A stretch of DNA of 64,000 nt from Octopus vulgaris (lineage: Eukaryota): contig OX597817.1 in the NCBI GenBank assembly GCA_951406725.2, positions 86,800,001-86,864,000 of the forward strand, given 5' to 3'. Both the position numbers and the translations under genes were made by a program. The notes beneath the pieces are model-generated. The model was not told the DNA's origin and did not search any database. It saw only the letters and a program-made list of their open reading frames with translations. Shown here piece after piece: positions 1 through 13,860 of the stretch (position 1 is the stretch's first letter; every line of letters begins with the position of its first letter).

Positions 1-154
1 AAGGTAAGGCCTTTGACCAGACCTTTTGTGATACCCTTAAAGTCAGGAACTTTCCAGTACCCAACCTTGTGTGTGTGTCTGTAAACATATTCAATGTGTG
101 TATATATATATATATATATTATATCTATTCAAATTATTTGTCTTTCAATTGTAG

Positions 155-514
155 TATACTGGTGATTCAATAGATTTGACTGTGAATGCTTTTGATAAAG
201 GTGCAAAACCCCTCAGCAGTTCAGTGACTGTGAAGATTCAATTCCAGAGTAATCTTACCAATGTCCCTTCATGGTTAAATCAAACAGGTCTTGTTATTAA
301 AGTCCGTGAAGACCAGGATCGGAATGTACCGTTTGCCTACCTTCTTGCGGAATCTAATATACCGGATAAAACTCTTACATTCTGTCTAACTGATTGCCGT
401 AAGACTTTTGAAAATTTCAAGATCCATGGTGAGGATAACAAGATGTTAATAGCTCTAAGGGAACAACTTGATTATGAAACAAAAACAAGTTACCAAATAT
501 GGGCAAAAGTGATG
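155..514 (+). CDS. CadN: Cadherin exon a (YTGDSIDLTVNAFDKG...LDYETKTSYQIWAKVM)
   Basis: gtag|TAT acceptor, ATG|gtaaga donor, 360 nt, phase 0-0; DKG and LDYE motifs. Confidence 0.9.
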
Positions 515-1517
515 GTAAGACGTTTTTTTTTCTTTTTGTCTTTCATTTCATTAAACTTTTTTTTAATTTGTACAGTTGTTAAAGATTTTGCTAATCAGGT
601 AAAGTAGATTTTCTTTATACAATGTAATTTTGAAGTATATTTCAATTAGCCTCATTAAACTTCATTTAGTACAGTTGTTAAATGTTTTCATCAGCTGAAA
701 TGAATTCCTTTGTGATACAATGAAATTTCGAAGTCTACATAACTGAATAGAAACCTTAGTTGTTTCTCTTCATTGGTATCTGGATATTGTAAGAGATCTT
801 TTCTTAGACACATACAGCAGCTTCTTACATGTTTATGAATAACCATTTCAGTAAAAAAATGTTTATTTATAACAGGCTTTAGATGAGAAATTAGTACATC
901 TCATTTTTATTTAGGTAATAATTATTTCTTAGGAAAGAAGGAAACTGCATCTGGTAATAGTAATGCCAATATATTCTACTTAGATTGAACTATAGTACAT
1001 ATCTGAAGAAATAAAGAGACATTAATATGGATTCAGTCACATTCAAATTTTTTAAATAGTTTCCCATTTTGGATTCCAACTTGTAAAGACTGCCTCTGTT
1101 TTATGGTATAAATTTCCCGTTTTAAAGTGAATTAAGTTAAAACCTTCCATCAAAATGTTCTTTCATCTTCCAAACACCAACTTAGTAATTGCTATTTCAC
1201 TAAATTCATCATTATTTTCAAAATTAATTGAAACAAAGACTGTATGCCAACAGAAATATGGTAACAAAAGTTTTTGTTAAAGTTATGTATAAATTGTAGA
1301 ATTCTGTTTTTTACAAATTCAATAATATCCATTTATAGGCAAGGAAGATGTTTGTAACCCAGCATTTAAACTTGGGAGAAATTTTTTTCGATAAATCTTA
1401 AAATGCTAACAATATTAACTACTATTCTTTTAATATTAATTTCTTTAACTAACACCAGACAACTTTACTGTGTATTATCATCATCATGTAAGTTCTTGCA
1501 ATTCTTATTCTTTTCAG

Positions 1518-1721
1518 AATCAACATGTACCAACTCCATTACAAAAAGAAATCCGTTTCACCATAGAAGTGCTGGATACCAATGATAATACTCCAATATT
1601 TGACAAGTTCGATACTACCCAGGGAGTTTATATTGGATATATATCTGAGAATATGAATGTATCGACATCAGTTATTCAAATATTTGTTAGTGATAAGGAT
1701 CCTACACCAGAATTTAGAAAT
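1518..1721 (+). CDS. CadN: Cadherin exon b (NQHVPTP...VLDTNDNTPIF...SDKDPTPEFRN)
   Basis: ttttcag| and |gtaagt, 204 nt, phase 0-0; DTNDN linker. Confidence 0.92.
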
Positions 1722-2195
1722 GTAAGTGTCCATCTAGACACCTCATCACTACAATTTTATCTCTTACCTCCTCTACACAATCACTCCCACCCTCTCTCCA
1801 AAATGAAAGCTGTCATGGAACTCTTCTAAAACAAGAAATCTGTTCTTTTCTGGCTCCTTTTCTCATGCCCCTCATCTCCTAGCATATAGTTGTACCCCTC
1901 CCTTGACGTTTGTAGTCTTGCCAGCTGCATGAAAACTTCATTTGTGCTGGTGGCACAAAAACTGCATCCAGTACACATTGTAAAGTGGTTAGCGTTAGGA
2001 AGGGCATCGAGCCATAGAAATTATACCAAAGCAGACAGTGAAGTACGATGCAGTCCATGGAACCATTAGATCCTGCCAAATTATCAAACCCATGTCAGCA
2101 TGTAACATGGACATTATAGCCAGATTCATATATTGTCTCTAGGGGTTATAATTCAAAATTAAGACTATGACTGATTTTTATGTTTATATATTTAA

Positions 2196-2530
2196 AGGTG
2201 TGAGCTTGGTTTTGTGATTAAGAAGCTTGCTTTGCAACCATATGGATTTGGGTTCAGTCTCACTGTGCAGCACCTTGAGTGTTTTCCACTATATCCCCAA
2301 GCTGGCCAAAGATTTGAGTGAATTTGGTAGGCTGAAACTGTATAGAAAGACTGCGTTTGTCTATCATTACTTGACAATTGGTGTTCATTTGTTTACATTT
2401 CTTTAACTTAGTAGTTCAGCTAAATATACTGATAGAATAAGTACCTGGCTTAAAAATAAGTACTAGGGTCAATCTGAAGTAAAACCCTTCAAGGCAGTGC
2501 TCCTACAAGGCTGTAGTCCAGTGGCTGAAA
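2196..2530 (+). mobile_element. tRNA-derived SINE family A (CORE-like), degenerate copy
   Basis: Aligns by eye with the intact copy at 40260-40662 (aagaagcttgct...ggttcagtc..cac...caccttg); CpGs are mostly TpG/CpA. Confidence 0.75.
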
Positions 2531-2971
2531 CACATCACCATCCTCAATTGTCATTTTGACATCCGCTTTTGTCTCAGACAGAATTTCTTGAAAGAGATTT
2601 TCTGTGGCCAAACACCTGTCTGTCACCGACCCTTTCTTGTTCCCATGCAAGATCATATTATCCCATGATGACATGTTTTCAGGAAAGATTGGAAACAAAA
2701 TGGCATTGCTTGTATAACAGTAACACTTATTTTACAATTATCACACACTGTCAAGATAATGAAACACAAACACACACACACGTGTGTGTATACACACAAT
2801 GGGCTTGTTTTAGTTTGACTACAAAATCTACTCTGAGGCTTCAGTTAGCCTGGAGCTATAGTAGAAGATATTTGTCCAAGGTGCTGCATTGTGGTACTAA
2901 ATCTGAAACCATATGGATGGGAAGTTAATTTAACAACAAAACGGGTAGCTGATGGGAATCAGTCATGACAG

Positions 2972-3187
2972 TTTAGCATTTAAACTGGTTATATCCAACC
3001 AAGATATTCTACCTGCCTAATGTTCAACCCAGTGAGATCTAGACTTTCACACCTTGCCTACAATGTCATTCTAAAAATAAGCAATCACATTGTCAAAATC
3101 TCAAAGCTATGAGATAATGCAGGATTTATTGAGATCAATATGATATAAATAAATATTATATATGACAATAATCTGAAGATTAAAGGG
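2972..3187. mobile_element. piggyBac-type MITE (left end eroded)
   Basis: Ends TAAAGGG|TTAA; interior similar to 9890-10084. Confidence 0.6.
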
Positions 3188-3280
3188 TTAAATCTTTATT
3201 TCAAAGCAAATTTATATACTCATTTACTGTTGTTGTTTATTCTTGATTTTCTTCTTTTTTTTCTTTTTTTTTTTTTACAG

Positions 3281-3431
3281 ATCAGTCTTTCTCTTAAAAA
3301 TGACACATTTTTCTCAATTGATAAAAACGGAGTTATAAGAACTCGGAAAGTTTTTGATCGTGAAAAGCAAGAATACTATTTTATTCAGGTCATTGCTGTT
3401 GATAGTGCTAATAAATCTAACCAAAATAAAG
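3281..3431 (+). CDS. CadN: Cadherin exon c (ISLSLKNDTFFSIDKNGVIRTRKVFDREKQ...)
   Basis: Long poly-T tract + acag|, G|gtaact, 151 nt, phase 0-1; FDRE motif. Confidence 0.92.
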
Positions 3432-4882
3432 GTAACTTTTTTTTTTCAATAAAGGTGGTAATTGGAGTCTGTTTTCTGGGTGAGAGAATTAGATGGAAGT
3501 TTGTAGAAGAGAAAGAGTTTGTTGGGGAAGATGGTTCATTGTGTAGGTTTTAGTTGAAAGTGATATATTCCAAGAACAGAAGAGATTATGGTAATAGATT
3601 ATAAGTTTTGTGGGAAGTTGACTGGTATTTGAAGAATTGTTGTAAATCTAATTCACCCATAATGGAGAGAGTATTTTCTGGCTTTGTTTCATTGTTTTCT
3701 ATTCTTTTAATTGTATAATCAGGAGGGAAATTAGTGCTCATGACCCTTTACAGGATCTCCAAGACTGGTGGGAGGGAGAGGCAGTATCGTGAAAACAGAA
3801 ATCTAGCTAGAATGCTTTGCAACAGGGTAGGATTGACTAGTACCCAGATAGTAGTTAATACCACAAGGTATTTTACTTGATGCTCTACCGTATTTTATTT
3901 GAATCTCTACTGATTTTTGCAATCTGAAGATAATTTGGTTTTACTATGACTTCTTGTTAGTAATTTTTATGTCATCTAAATTGATAAAAGAAAGTTTTGT
4001 CAACCCATAAAAGAAGAATCTCTCAGGAGGATTACAGTCCTAGAAAATTCTTGTCAATTGTTCCTGTCAGAAACAAGTCTTTGTTTGAATACATTGTAAG
4101 ACTTATTTTCCATTGAAGGTCCACTCTGATATAGAGTGCACTGCTGTCACAATTTTGTTGGTTAAGAACTTACAGTCCATGTGTTTGTTCGAAAATAGTT
4201 TTTTTCATTTTTGGATGTTTCTTTCACCTCAGTTACATTTAATGAATAGTTTCTTGCAAGTGTCATAGGTTTTTATCATTCAGCTTTGTTCAACAAGAAG
4301 AATACAAGTAATAAAGCATTTGGAAACTGTTGGTTCATGGACTTTGGTTTCATGTAAGGTTGAATGGCAAAGAGAAGACTAGAACAAGTGCAGTATGCTA
4401 TTGGAAGTCTTCAGCTTTGACCCTGCACACAGGCAACCACAGAGTGGTGGTCATTTTCTACAGCCTTACATGTGAGAGTCCATCATTACATAGACAACAG
4501 ACTGGCAGTCAAGTTTCATACTCTATAGTCTAGTTGGCAAATTGAAATGTATATATGACCAGTTGTCATGTATAGATGAATTTTGTTTATTCATTAAAAT
4601 TAACTTTTGAAATTATATTGACTAATTGTAATTCAGCTTTTTTCTTATCACACTCTGACAAGAAATGCACAGCTAGTAATTCTCATGACAACAAGAGTAT
4701 TTTCCCTTGAAATGTAAAATTATTTTAGCTGTCATTGGTGCAAAAGCTAACTCACTGACATCATTTTGTCATAACTTTGATGACAAATATTGCTTTATAA
4801 TTGACAGAGTAATTAACTTTGCTGCCAAAGTGGGGTAAAGTTTAATGCTTAAATTACAATCAATTTTTTTTTCCTCCGTCAG

Positions 4883-5032
4883 AAACTCGTAATGTGAAAA
4901 TTCAAATCACAGATGTTAATGATGTAAAACCACATTTTGAAAAAGATTTCTACACATTCCGTGTACCAGAAAATGTACAGAATGGTAATCCAGTGTTTAC
5001 ACTCACTGCTAAAGATGAAGATGATCCCAGTT
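4883..5032 (+). CDS. CadN: Cadherin exon d (TRNVKIQITDVNDVKPHF...AKDEDDPS)
   Basis: tcag| and |gtaagt, 150 nt, phase 1-1; DVND, VPEN, AKDED. Confidence 0.92.
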
Positions 5033-6207
5033 GTAAGTATTATTCTCTTACTAAAGTGCTTGAATCAACCTCTTATCCTTAAATGTTAAAATTTGGGGTT
5101 TCAAAGATAACATGGCAGAATATTCTACAGTTGACTCTTCTAACTAATCCCAGCATTCAATAACAGGGCACAACTATGATAATAACTATTGTTTTTACAA
5201 TTTTCCAACTTAATATACATGTCTAGGCAAAATCTGCTTTAAGTACCCCATATATAACCCTTCATAACTTTTTCATTTTTTTGGAATTTTCAGAAAATTT
5301 TTGCAAATACATAGGAATTCATACAATTATGCAAAAATTTTGTTTTCTTTTAAATCAGAGTTTAAAATACAGACAGTCTGAATGTTTTGCTTAAATCCCA
5401 GCAATTCCACCTTTGGGTGCATCATCATTCCATTAAATGTATTTATGCATAGAAAAATATTGAAAAATGTCAATACATATCAGTCACAAAGAAATTAGGA
5501 AGGTAGCAGGTGGTCATGAGATGTGCTAAAAACAACAGCTTAATTGCCCTTAAATCACAACCTTTTTATATAATTATGTGAACTTCCTGGTGAAAAAAAG
5601 TCATACTTCCTGTTAGTCTTCCTCTAATCCATAAAAAGGCCAAGTTCTCTTGATTTGAAATGCTACCCATTTTGTTGTTTTATATTTGTTTGTTTATACA
5701 AACTGTTCTTTTTTAGACATCTACAGAAATTTATCTCTTCTACATCAAACCCTCTTATATGTTAGTGACTGAGTCAGTATTGATACCAAGAGGTGATATT
5801 TAAACCCACTTAAACATGGATGTTTTGTTAGAATAAACTTTATGGCAGTAGATACTATGAGAGAAACTCTCATATAGGCTTTTGGTGCAAAATACTCTCC
5901 TGTTTATATAACAAGGAAATAAATCCCCAGCACCAAGCCTACCAGATCACATGATTTCAACCTTCATTGGTCTCATCAATGATGGACATTCAGCTGCTAG
6001 AGGTAGCAGTGACTCATCTTCCTGCTAGTTATTTTTACATTAACAAGAAACTATATTTTTCATTATCATTAATCACTCTTGCTTTTTATTTTATCAGAAT
6101 ATTTCACTTACCAATTTACATTTTGAAACTGCCAAAATTGTTGGGGGGGGAAAATGATCAATAAAACTTCTCACCAAAAGTTAAACACATACAATCATAT
6201 TTTGCAG

Positions 6208-6317
6208 CTGGCAGACTGGAATATTCTCTTCGTGACAATATATTCACTGCTGATAACTACGATGGAATTATCAGAGTCCTCAACAACAAATTATTAGATT
6301 ATGAAACACGACCTCAT
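6208..6317 (+). CDS. CadN: Cadherin exon e (GRLEYSLRDNIFTADNYDGIIRVLNNKLLDYETRPH)
   Basis: tttgcag| and |gtaagt, 110 nt, phase 1-0; LDYETR; absent from the ORF track (too short). Confidence 0.9.
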
Positions 6318-6356
6318 GTAAGTTAATTAATCCATTTTATATTTATTTTTTTACCT

Positions 6357-6750
6357 TTTATCTTTTACTTGTTTTAGTCATTGGACTGCGGCCATGCCAG
6401 GGCACTGCCTCAAATTTTGATCAAACAAATCGACTCTAGTACTTTTTTTTTTAAAGCTTGGTACTTATTTTATTGGTATCTTTTCCAAACTGCTAAGTTA
6501 TGGGGACTTATACAAACCAAATCTGGTTATCAAGTGGTTGGTGGTGGGGTGCATACACAAACATATACATACATATATGTACACACATACACAACAGGCT
6601 TCTTTCAGTTTCTGTCTACCAAATCCACCGACAAGGCTTTGGTTAACCCAGGCTTATAGTAGAAAATACTTAACCTTGGTGCCATGCAGTAAGACAACCT
6701 GTAACTATGTGGTTGGAAAGCAAACTTCTTACCACACAGCCATGCTTGTG
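6357..6750 (-). mobile_element. SINE family A
   Basis: Reverse complement of the family A head (ccacacagccatgc), body (tttcagtttctgtctaccaaatccac) and tail (ttttatcttttacttgtt). Confidence 0.8.
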
Positions 6751-7649
6751 TCTATATTCTTATATTATTAATGTTCTTTAATTTAAAATTGAGTTACTAA
6801 CAATTATCGAATTACTCTGCAAAAAAAAAAATATCATGGGTATGTATTCTCTGATTTTAAAATAAGCTTTCTACCATTTTTTAATAAGCTTTTTGGCAGT
6901 AAGACTGAAAAGTTGATAACAATAATTGTTTGAAAAGTGGCTTGTGTTGTTTTTGTAAATTTATATAGCTGCTATCCTTACAAAAATACTATTATAAATT
7001 ATACTTAAGTTCATTATAATTTACGTGAACAGGTGGTATGTATTCAGTTTTGATTATTTACTTCACATTTTAAAATCTATTATTATTGTTGATGTGATTG
7101 TGGTTTACATGGAAGTTTTTCATAAAATAACTTTTTTTTTAAATTCAATTGGAGAAAAAACTTTAAAAATGCTGTACAGATGCATAAATCACTCTCTATT
7201 GCTCTATTTGTTCCCAGTCCCCATAGGAAATTTTCCTTTGTCCTCCTCTCTCTTTCTTTCTCTCTCTCCACCCTCCTTCTATGAGCAACTTTGTTCTGCT
7301 TGATCATGGTTAAATTGTGGGTAAGCAATAGAATGAATCATGGGCAATGGGCTTAGTTCTGCATAGCAGTGAACAAAACACAATGTGGAAGATTTTTGAA
7401 CATTGAAGAGAATGAATCCAGTATGATAGAATAGGTGTACAAAAGGCAGAACACTGATGACTTGAAAAAGTCCTTAGGCATTAACAGTGCCATTTGATTG
7501 TGTGGAAGTGGAATGTGTTGGGTGGAAATTGAACTAATATTGTGAAAAGCCACCAATGTTCCTTCTAGTGATTATTTTCTTTAAATATAATTTGACTAGA
7601 TTTTCAAGATTTTCTAATGAATGCTTCCCATTCTGTTGACTTTTTTTAG

Positions 7650-7829
7650 GTTTTAAATTTGACATATTATGTTTCTGATGGCATATTTGAAGCCAACACT
7701 ACCATTCAAGTAATTATCGAAGATGTTAATGATAACAACCCAGAGTTTACAGAAAAAGTATATGAAGTGAAAGGTATAGTTGAAGAAAATAAAACCACTA
7801 CATCAACAAACAAGATGTATTTATTGACA
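7650..7829 (+). CDS. CadN: Cadherin exon f (VLNLTYYVSDG...IEDVNDNNPEF...YLLT)
   Basis: ttttttag| and |gtaagc, 180 nt, phase 0-0; DVNDN. Confidence 0.92.
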
Positions 7830-8815
7830 GTAAGCTCAAATTTAACTACATATTCTCTCATAAACATTATTTTTCTTTACTGAATACTTCTTTTAGGATT
7901 ATTTAAAAAATTGTTTAGATGTCATGCTTTTTTGTTTTGTTTTGTTTTTTCATCTATGCAACACTCCATTTCTACTAAGCATATATCATCTTTATGGACT
8001 GCAAATAATCTGTGCATCGTTTTCTGAATAAAGCTTTTTAAAAAGTTGCTTGCTGTAGGCAAAAATAATGCATCTACCATCAGTATATGGAAACTTAATT
8101 AAACACCAATTAGGAAAATAAATATTAGTTTTATTTTTAGCCTTTGTTCTGTATATATTTCCTAATGCCTCAAATTCATGACATTGAAGGTTTAGTGGGA
8201 GAACTTTGTAACTACAAAACTTAGAAATTTTTATATACTTTGTAGATCACAGCCATTATGTTTGGATGACAAGTATAAAATGAGAGCAGTTTATCAAAGC
8301 TGAAGTATCTAATATAGGAAAACAATTGCATGTTACTAATGCTGACAAATAGTGGCAATGCTATCTAAATAAACTCTTTTAGAAATAAACTGTGAGAAAA
8401 ACATATTTAATGTTGATATGGTTAGAGTAGTTAAATTCCTTAATACAGACTTATCATGCTAAGTTTCAAGCTTGCTGGTTTCAACTTTGCAGTTAATTTG
8501 TTGCTTAGCACCTGCACAGTGCCACTTGTGTTATTATCAAAACAGTTAGATATTCTTTGAAATGTTATTTTTGTACAGGTGTTGGTTATTGTATTATTTT
8601 GCTGTAAGTAAATACTCTCGCTTACTAACCAAAGATTACCTGTTATAGTTTACCTCACTTAAATGGTAAATTAAAATAAAATTAAAGTAACTTAAAAAAT
8701 ACTTGAACCAAAATAGCATGAATTATAACATCTAGAAATCAATACTAAATATCTTTTATATTTTTAGTTGTCTTTTTATCTTATCACTCAAGGTTTTCTT
8801 TCTTTTCTGTTTTAG

Positions 8816-9131
8816 TTAACAGCAACTGACCCTGACAAAGATCGAAATAACAGCATTACTTATCACCTTGCTGGTGGAGCCCGGGAAAAAAGTGCATTTG
8901 AAATTGAAAGTAAAACTGGTGATCTTTATCTGCTAAAAGCCTTAGACCGCGATTTTGGTACTGGTGGAAGTGATATTTATTCATTAAGTGTTTTTGCTAT
9001 TGATGAGCCTGGTACTAAAAATGAACGGAAAGGTTTTGCTATTGTTGATGTTTATTTAAAAGATATAAATGATAATGCTCCGATATTTGCGACTGATACA
9101 GTTGGGTATGTCCCAGAAAACTCTCCTAAAG
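8816..9131 (+). CDS. CadN: Cadherin exon g (LTATDPDKDRNNSITY...KALDRD...LKDINDNAPIF...VPENSPK)
   Basis: ttttag| and G|gtaagt, 316 nt, phase 0-1; open frame read by hand, absent from the ORF track. Confidence 0.93.
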
Positions 9132-9889
9132 GTAAGTTAGTTTATGTAATGATTATGCTTCAGAGGTGTGGTTGTGTGCATATAATTCTTTGTAATATAA
9201 TTTCATGTGTAGGTTGATATCAGACATTTTCAGTGTCCTCACATTTCTTTGTTACACTTTGTAATGTTTCTATAATGGGAAGAGTTCATAGGTCACCATT
9301 TATAATGACATGGTGTGAAATAATAGCAGATTGCCAAAGGGAATGATGCTAATACTACAGTCTGGAACAAACAGTCAAATGACTTCAGTTCTGCTGGGCC
9401 TGATAATGTGGCTGTTGTCTGCTGTTTGTTGCTGCAGCAATGAAGATGGGCCATGACTGATTAAAGACAGCTGTGAAACAGGCTGTTGTCTGGTCAATGG
9501 CAGCTGGTCCAAAAACCTAGAGTGGGAGAAACTTATGTTTTTATTGCCATGGGTAGGCTCCACGGGCAAAAGTGAATTTATATTATCAACCTCAGAAGTA
9601 TGAAAAGCAAAGTATGAACATAAAGAGCCAGCAAAGCATTTTTCCAGTGTGCTAATGATTCTTCCAGTTCACCACTTTAAGCCAGCCATAACTTGTTTTA
9701 TGACATTTTCTTATCAGAAATTTTATATTAGATATAGATTGACATCAGGTACAAGCTGAAATTCTAACTATTGTCATTTAACAAAAATGATCAATGAAAT
9801 TTGTAAATTCTTAAATCTAATTATTAATCATTTCCTGACTGAAACTTTTCAATTCTTCATTTTATTCCTTTCTCTGCTTCTTCAGCTAA

Positions 9890-10084
9890 CCCTTTAGTAT
9901 TTAAATTGGCTATAGCCAGTCTGAATATTCTACCTGTTTTAAGTTCAAACCAACCCTACAAAGTCATTCTAAAAGTAAATAATCACATGATTTGAAATTT
10001 TGAGGCTACAAGATAATACATGATTAATTGAAAATGTGAATAAATAAGCATTACATTTGATAAAGTAATCTGAATGGTAAAGGG
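9890..10084. mobile_element. piggyBac-type MITE
   Basis: CTAA|CCCTTTA...TAAAGGG|TTAA terminal inverted repeats with TTAA-like target site. Confidence 0.7.
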
Positions 10085-10504
10085 TTAAACTCTAGCCTTA
10101 GAACCAGGAGAGCTTGCCAAGGTCACCTATAATCACTCCCAGCTAACCCTATAAGCAAAATCTGCAGTTGACTTTTATGTTACCTAGAATTTGATCTCTC
10201 TCCATTGAATGAAAATTAGTGTGGAAACTATCACATCTTGATAAAAGAGAACAATTTTTAAATGTCTGAAAACCATAATAGAAAATTGTCGTTTTTAATT
10301 GCTTTAATGAATTAAACCATTTTCTGACTGAGCACCAAAAGAAAATCTTGTATTCTGTTAGCTGAGCATTTTGCCACATCACTCAAAAATCTAATTTGAT
10401 CCCTTGTCAACAAGAAAGCCCCTTTGTAGTCACTAGACCTACTAGATATAGCAATAAAATCTTCCTTAAATCTCACCCTATTGTTTTAAATAAGAAGGCA
10501 TTTC

Positions 10505-10725
10505 ATATCATTCATTCATTCTGTTCTCATTGTGCCTTGTGGAACTTGCAGTGATAGCAAGATTATTCCACTTTCTAACACTGAAAGCATCCTTGGCAGT
10601 TTGTTCCATTGTTAATCTTCTGCTTTTAAGATCTTTTGTTATTGTTCTCCGCCACGTTTTCTTTAGTTGGCGACATCGTCTTTTACCTTGTGGAACCCAT
10701 TGCAAAGTCATTGGACTATATCTTA
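10505..10725 (-). mobile_element. 3' end of an RTE-clade LINE
   Basis: Translates LQWVPQGKRRCRQLKKTWRRTITKDLKSR...W...ASSTR, like an RTE ORF C-terminus, followed by a (GAAT)n tail. Confidence 0.75.
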
Positions 10726-12381
10726 TAGTATTTAAGGAAAAAAAGATGATTATCACTAGAATACCTTTGATCATAAGTCTACTTGATCAGGTTTGACTTG
10801 ACTAAACTGCCTTAAACTCATAATTTATAATATATTGACTTCTAAAGTTCCATCTTAAAATGAGCATGTTTTGCAATAATCATCCTCTAATATGTTGTCA
10901 ATAATTCATTCTTAGCCTTTGAATATTGTAAACAAATATTTGAAGTGAGATATATTTTTCCCTTTTACTGTCTAGAATATGAAGTCTAAATGATATTTTA
11001 TAATCATAGAAGTTGGATCGTTTCTCTTAAAAGCATGATACTTATATTTGTAATGGCACTAAAAAAATTATAATCCTAAGTACAATTATATGCATCAGCA
11101 GAAAATAAGTTACTATCGAGAAGACATTATTTGCTTCACTTAACACTGTAATTTTTGGTATTTACCTTTCAGCCAGATTATATTCTATACATTTTTTATG
11201 TAATATATTTCATCTACCTGTGGGCTTTTTGCCCATTTTGTTCCTTTTTGTGTGCTCTTTTTCTTATTATACTTAGTCACCATATACTCCCCTACTTCTC
11301 AATCTTGATATATTGTCATTTGCTCCTCTCCTACATGCTATACTTTGCTACTCATGGAATGAGAGAATCCCTACCTGTACCACATTTGTATCTCTCTGGC
11401 CCTTGCTTCCTCTCATTGCATTGCTTGCCTCCTTCAGACCATTTCTGTCTTCCAGTAATCTCTTCTCAGGTAACATTTACTTCTTATGCGACTTTCATTA
11501 ACATCCATTATCTACTCACACTCCTTCTCACCACCAACCACTTGCTCTCTCTCTCTCTCTCACCAGTACTTAGTGCATCTTTTATCATCATGGTGCCTAA
11601 ATAACAAGGGATTACATCGGGTTTGTTCATATCTGGTACAGCCCACCTCAGGTTTTTTTCTCCTTCCCTTCCACACACCAAGCAAATATGTAATTAAGGA
11701 AACCTGTCATCCCCATCCCAGATTTCATTCCCTCTCCCTATCTTTTACAATTGCCCTCTCAACTATTCATCACTCCTGCTCTTCTTTGTACATCTGACAT
11801 TGCTCTACTATATTACTATGCAACACTTCCCTTTCCTCTAGTCATTCATTATTAGCATCCATCACACACTTACCACTGACCATTTTACAACTGTTCCTCA
11901 CTCTCTTTCATTACCATCTGATTGCACCCTACTATTACTTTTTTTTGCATTACTCATCATAGTGCTTCCTCTTTCTTCCTTTCTCATCCTTATCATCCTA
12001 CATGTGCAATCTCCCTCTCTTTCACCCATCCCATTTGTAACATTGCCTTATATAGACTGAAACAATGTTGGAGTTGTGAGTTGAAGGTACAAGCCTCACT
12101 AATGCTAGTGCCATGATGTAAAAAGCACTCAGTACACTCTGTAAAGTGACTGGTGTTAGGAAAGGCATCCAATCATAGAAACCAGAACTAATGTATGAGT
12201 AAGGCATTGCTTCTCATCTCAGAAAACAGTAACTTCCAATAAGAATGTTCTTGAACCATGGCGACCCTTTCCAGTATTGAAAAGGGACGTAAAATGTTGT
12301 TGGTGACAGCAGCTGTGGCCTTCCTTTTTTGTCGTAAGATTTTCAAAAGTTAATACTTTATTTTTTTCTTTCACTTTCCAG

Positions 12382-12854
12382 GTACAGAAATAATGAAGGC
12401 TGTGGTCAAAGATTATGATTCTGGACTTAATAGTAAAATAGAGTATTCTATTGTACAACAGCCACTTTTAAATGGAATTCCATATTTTAGTATCGACCAG
12501 AAAGGAACAATAAGTGTGAATAATCCTGTACTGGATCGTGAAACGCAAAACCAATTTCAAATTAGAGTTAAAGCTAAAGATGGGGGCACACCATCTCTCT
12601 CCAGTGAGCGAAAGTTTATAATACACATTACAGATAAGAATGATAATCCTCCAAAGTTCATTTGTAATGGTCTAAATACTAAAATAAGTGAAAATCAACC
12701 TGTAAATGTTCGTCTTATAACAATTCAAGCTCTAGACAAAGATGACGGTGTAAATGCTGATCTACAGTATTATATAGATTCTAAAGGAAAGGAGAATCAT
12801 TTTAAAATTGAAGCTGACAATAGAAACCGTTTAGCTTATATATCATTGCAGAAG
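12382..12854 (+). CDS. CadN: Cadherin exon h (GTEIMKAVVKDYDSG...LDRE...DKNDNPP...ISLQK)
   Basis: ttccag| and AAG|gtaaat, 473 nt, phase 1-0. Confidence 0.93.
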
Positions 12855-13117
12855 GTAAATATATCTGTACTATCTTTTTACTTGTTTCAGTTACTGGATT
12901 GTGACCATACCAGGACACTACTTTCAAGGGTTTTAATCAAACAAATCAACCCTGGTCCCTTTTTTTTTTTTTTTTGTTCCTTTTTGCTTTTTAAGCCTTG
13001 TAATTATTCTATCAATCTCTTTTGCCAAACACTGATAGGAAATGTTCAAACCAACACTAGTTCTCAAGCAGTGGTGCAACATACACACACACATAAAATA
13101 TATATAGCACTTTTCAA

Positions 13118-13408
13118 GCATTGAACCTCATGGAGGCAATGACAAATGACTGAGACCTTTGGCAATATGCCATGCTTGAGAAGACCCATCAAGCCAAGTG
13201 AAATTGTAGTCGTTGCAGATACTAGTGCTATGCAACTGGCACCCATTACACTCTCAGAGTGGTTAACATTAGGAAGGGTATCCAGCCATAGAAACCATGC
13301 CAAATCAGACTGGAGTCTGGTGCAGCCCCTCAGCTTGCCAGCCCTGGTCAAACCATCCAATCATTGCCATCATGGACAACAGACACTTTAAAGATGATGA
13401 TCATGATG
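13118..13408 (+). mobile_element. SINE/LINE-3' repeat family D with (ATG)n tail
   Basis: gtggtt..cattaggaagggtatccagccatagaaac...gatgatgat; related copies near 1940-2115, 12050-12200, 15014-15250(-), 22500-22705, 27705-28040. Confidence 0.7.
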
Positions 13409-13645
13409 TAATTGTAGATCCAAGGATCTAAGTGTAGGAAGTTTGTAAACTTCAAGCAGTCAGCAGTAAGTATAAAGAAAACATTCAGGAACAATAATAA
13501 TTTGGCATCATAGAGTGTAGGCTTTTTCCATATTGAAATTCCATGGCTGAAAAAAATTTTGTATAGCTCACGCTTAGCAACTAAAGTTGCTATGAATGCA
13601 AATAAAATCCAAATTGAGAGATTGGAATGTGTAAAATATATAAAG

Positions 13646-13676
<31 letters not shown>

Positions 13677-13679
13677 GAG

Positions 13680-13860
13680 TTTCTTTCAGTTTCTGTCTAC
13701 CAAATCCACTCACAAGGCTTTGGTCAGGCCCAGGCTATAGTAGAACATATTTGCCCAAGGTATCATAGTAGGACTGGATGCAGAACCATGTAGTTGGAAA
13801 GTAAACTTCTGCTCACACTACTACCCCTAAACATACCAGCATAGCCATCATGCCTGTGCC
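13680..13860 (-). mobile_element. SINE family A (5' half)
   Basis: tttcagtttctgtctaccaaatccactcacaaggctttggtc...ttgcccaagg. Confidence 0.75.

Noticed and set aside
11155-12116. Hydrophobic ORFs resembling membrane proteins
   Set aside because: They arise from pyrimidine-rich low-complexity intron sequence; no motifs or splice support.
9132-12381. Mutually exclusive duplicate exons as in arthropod CadN
   Set aside because: No second cadherin-like exon was found by eye in this or the other introns; the 11 exons join without alternatives.
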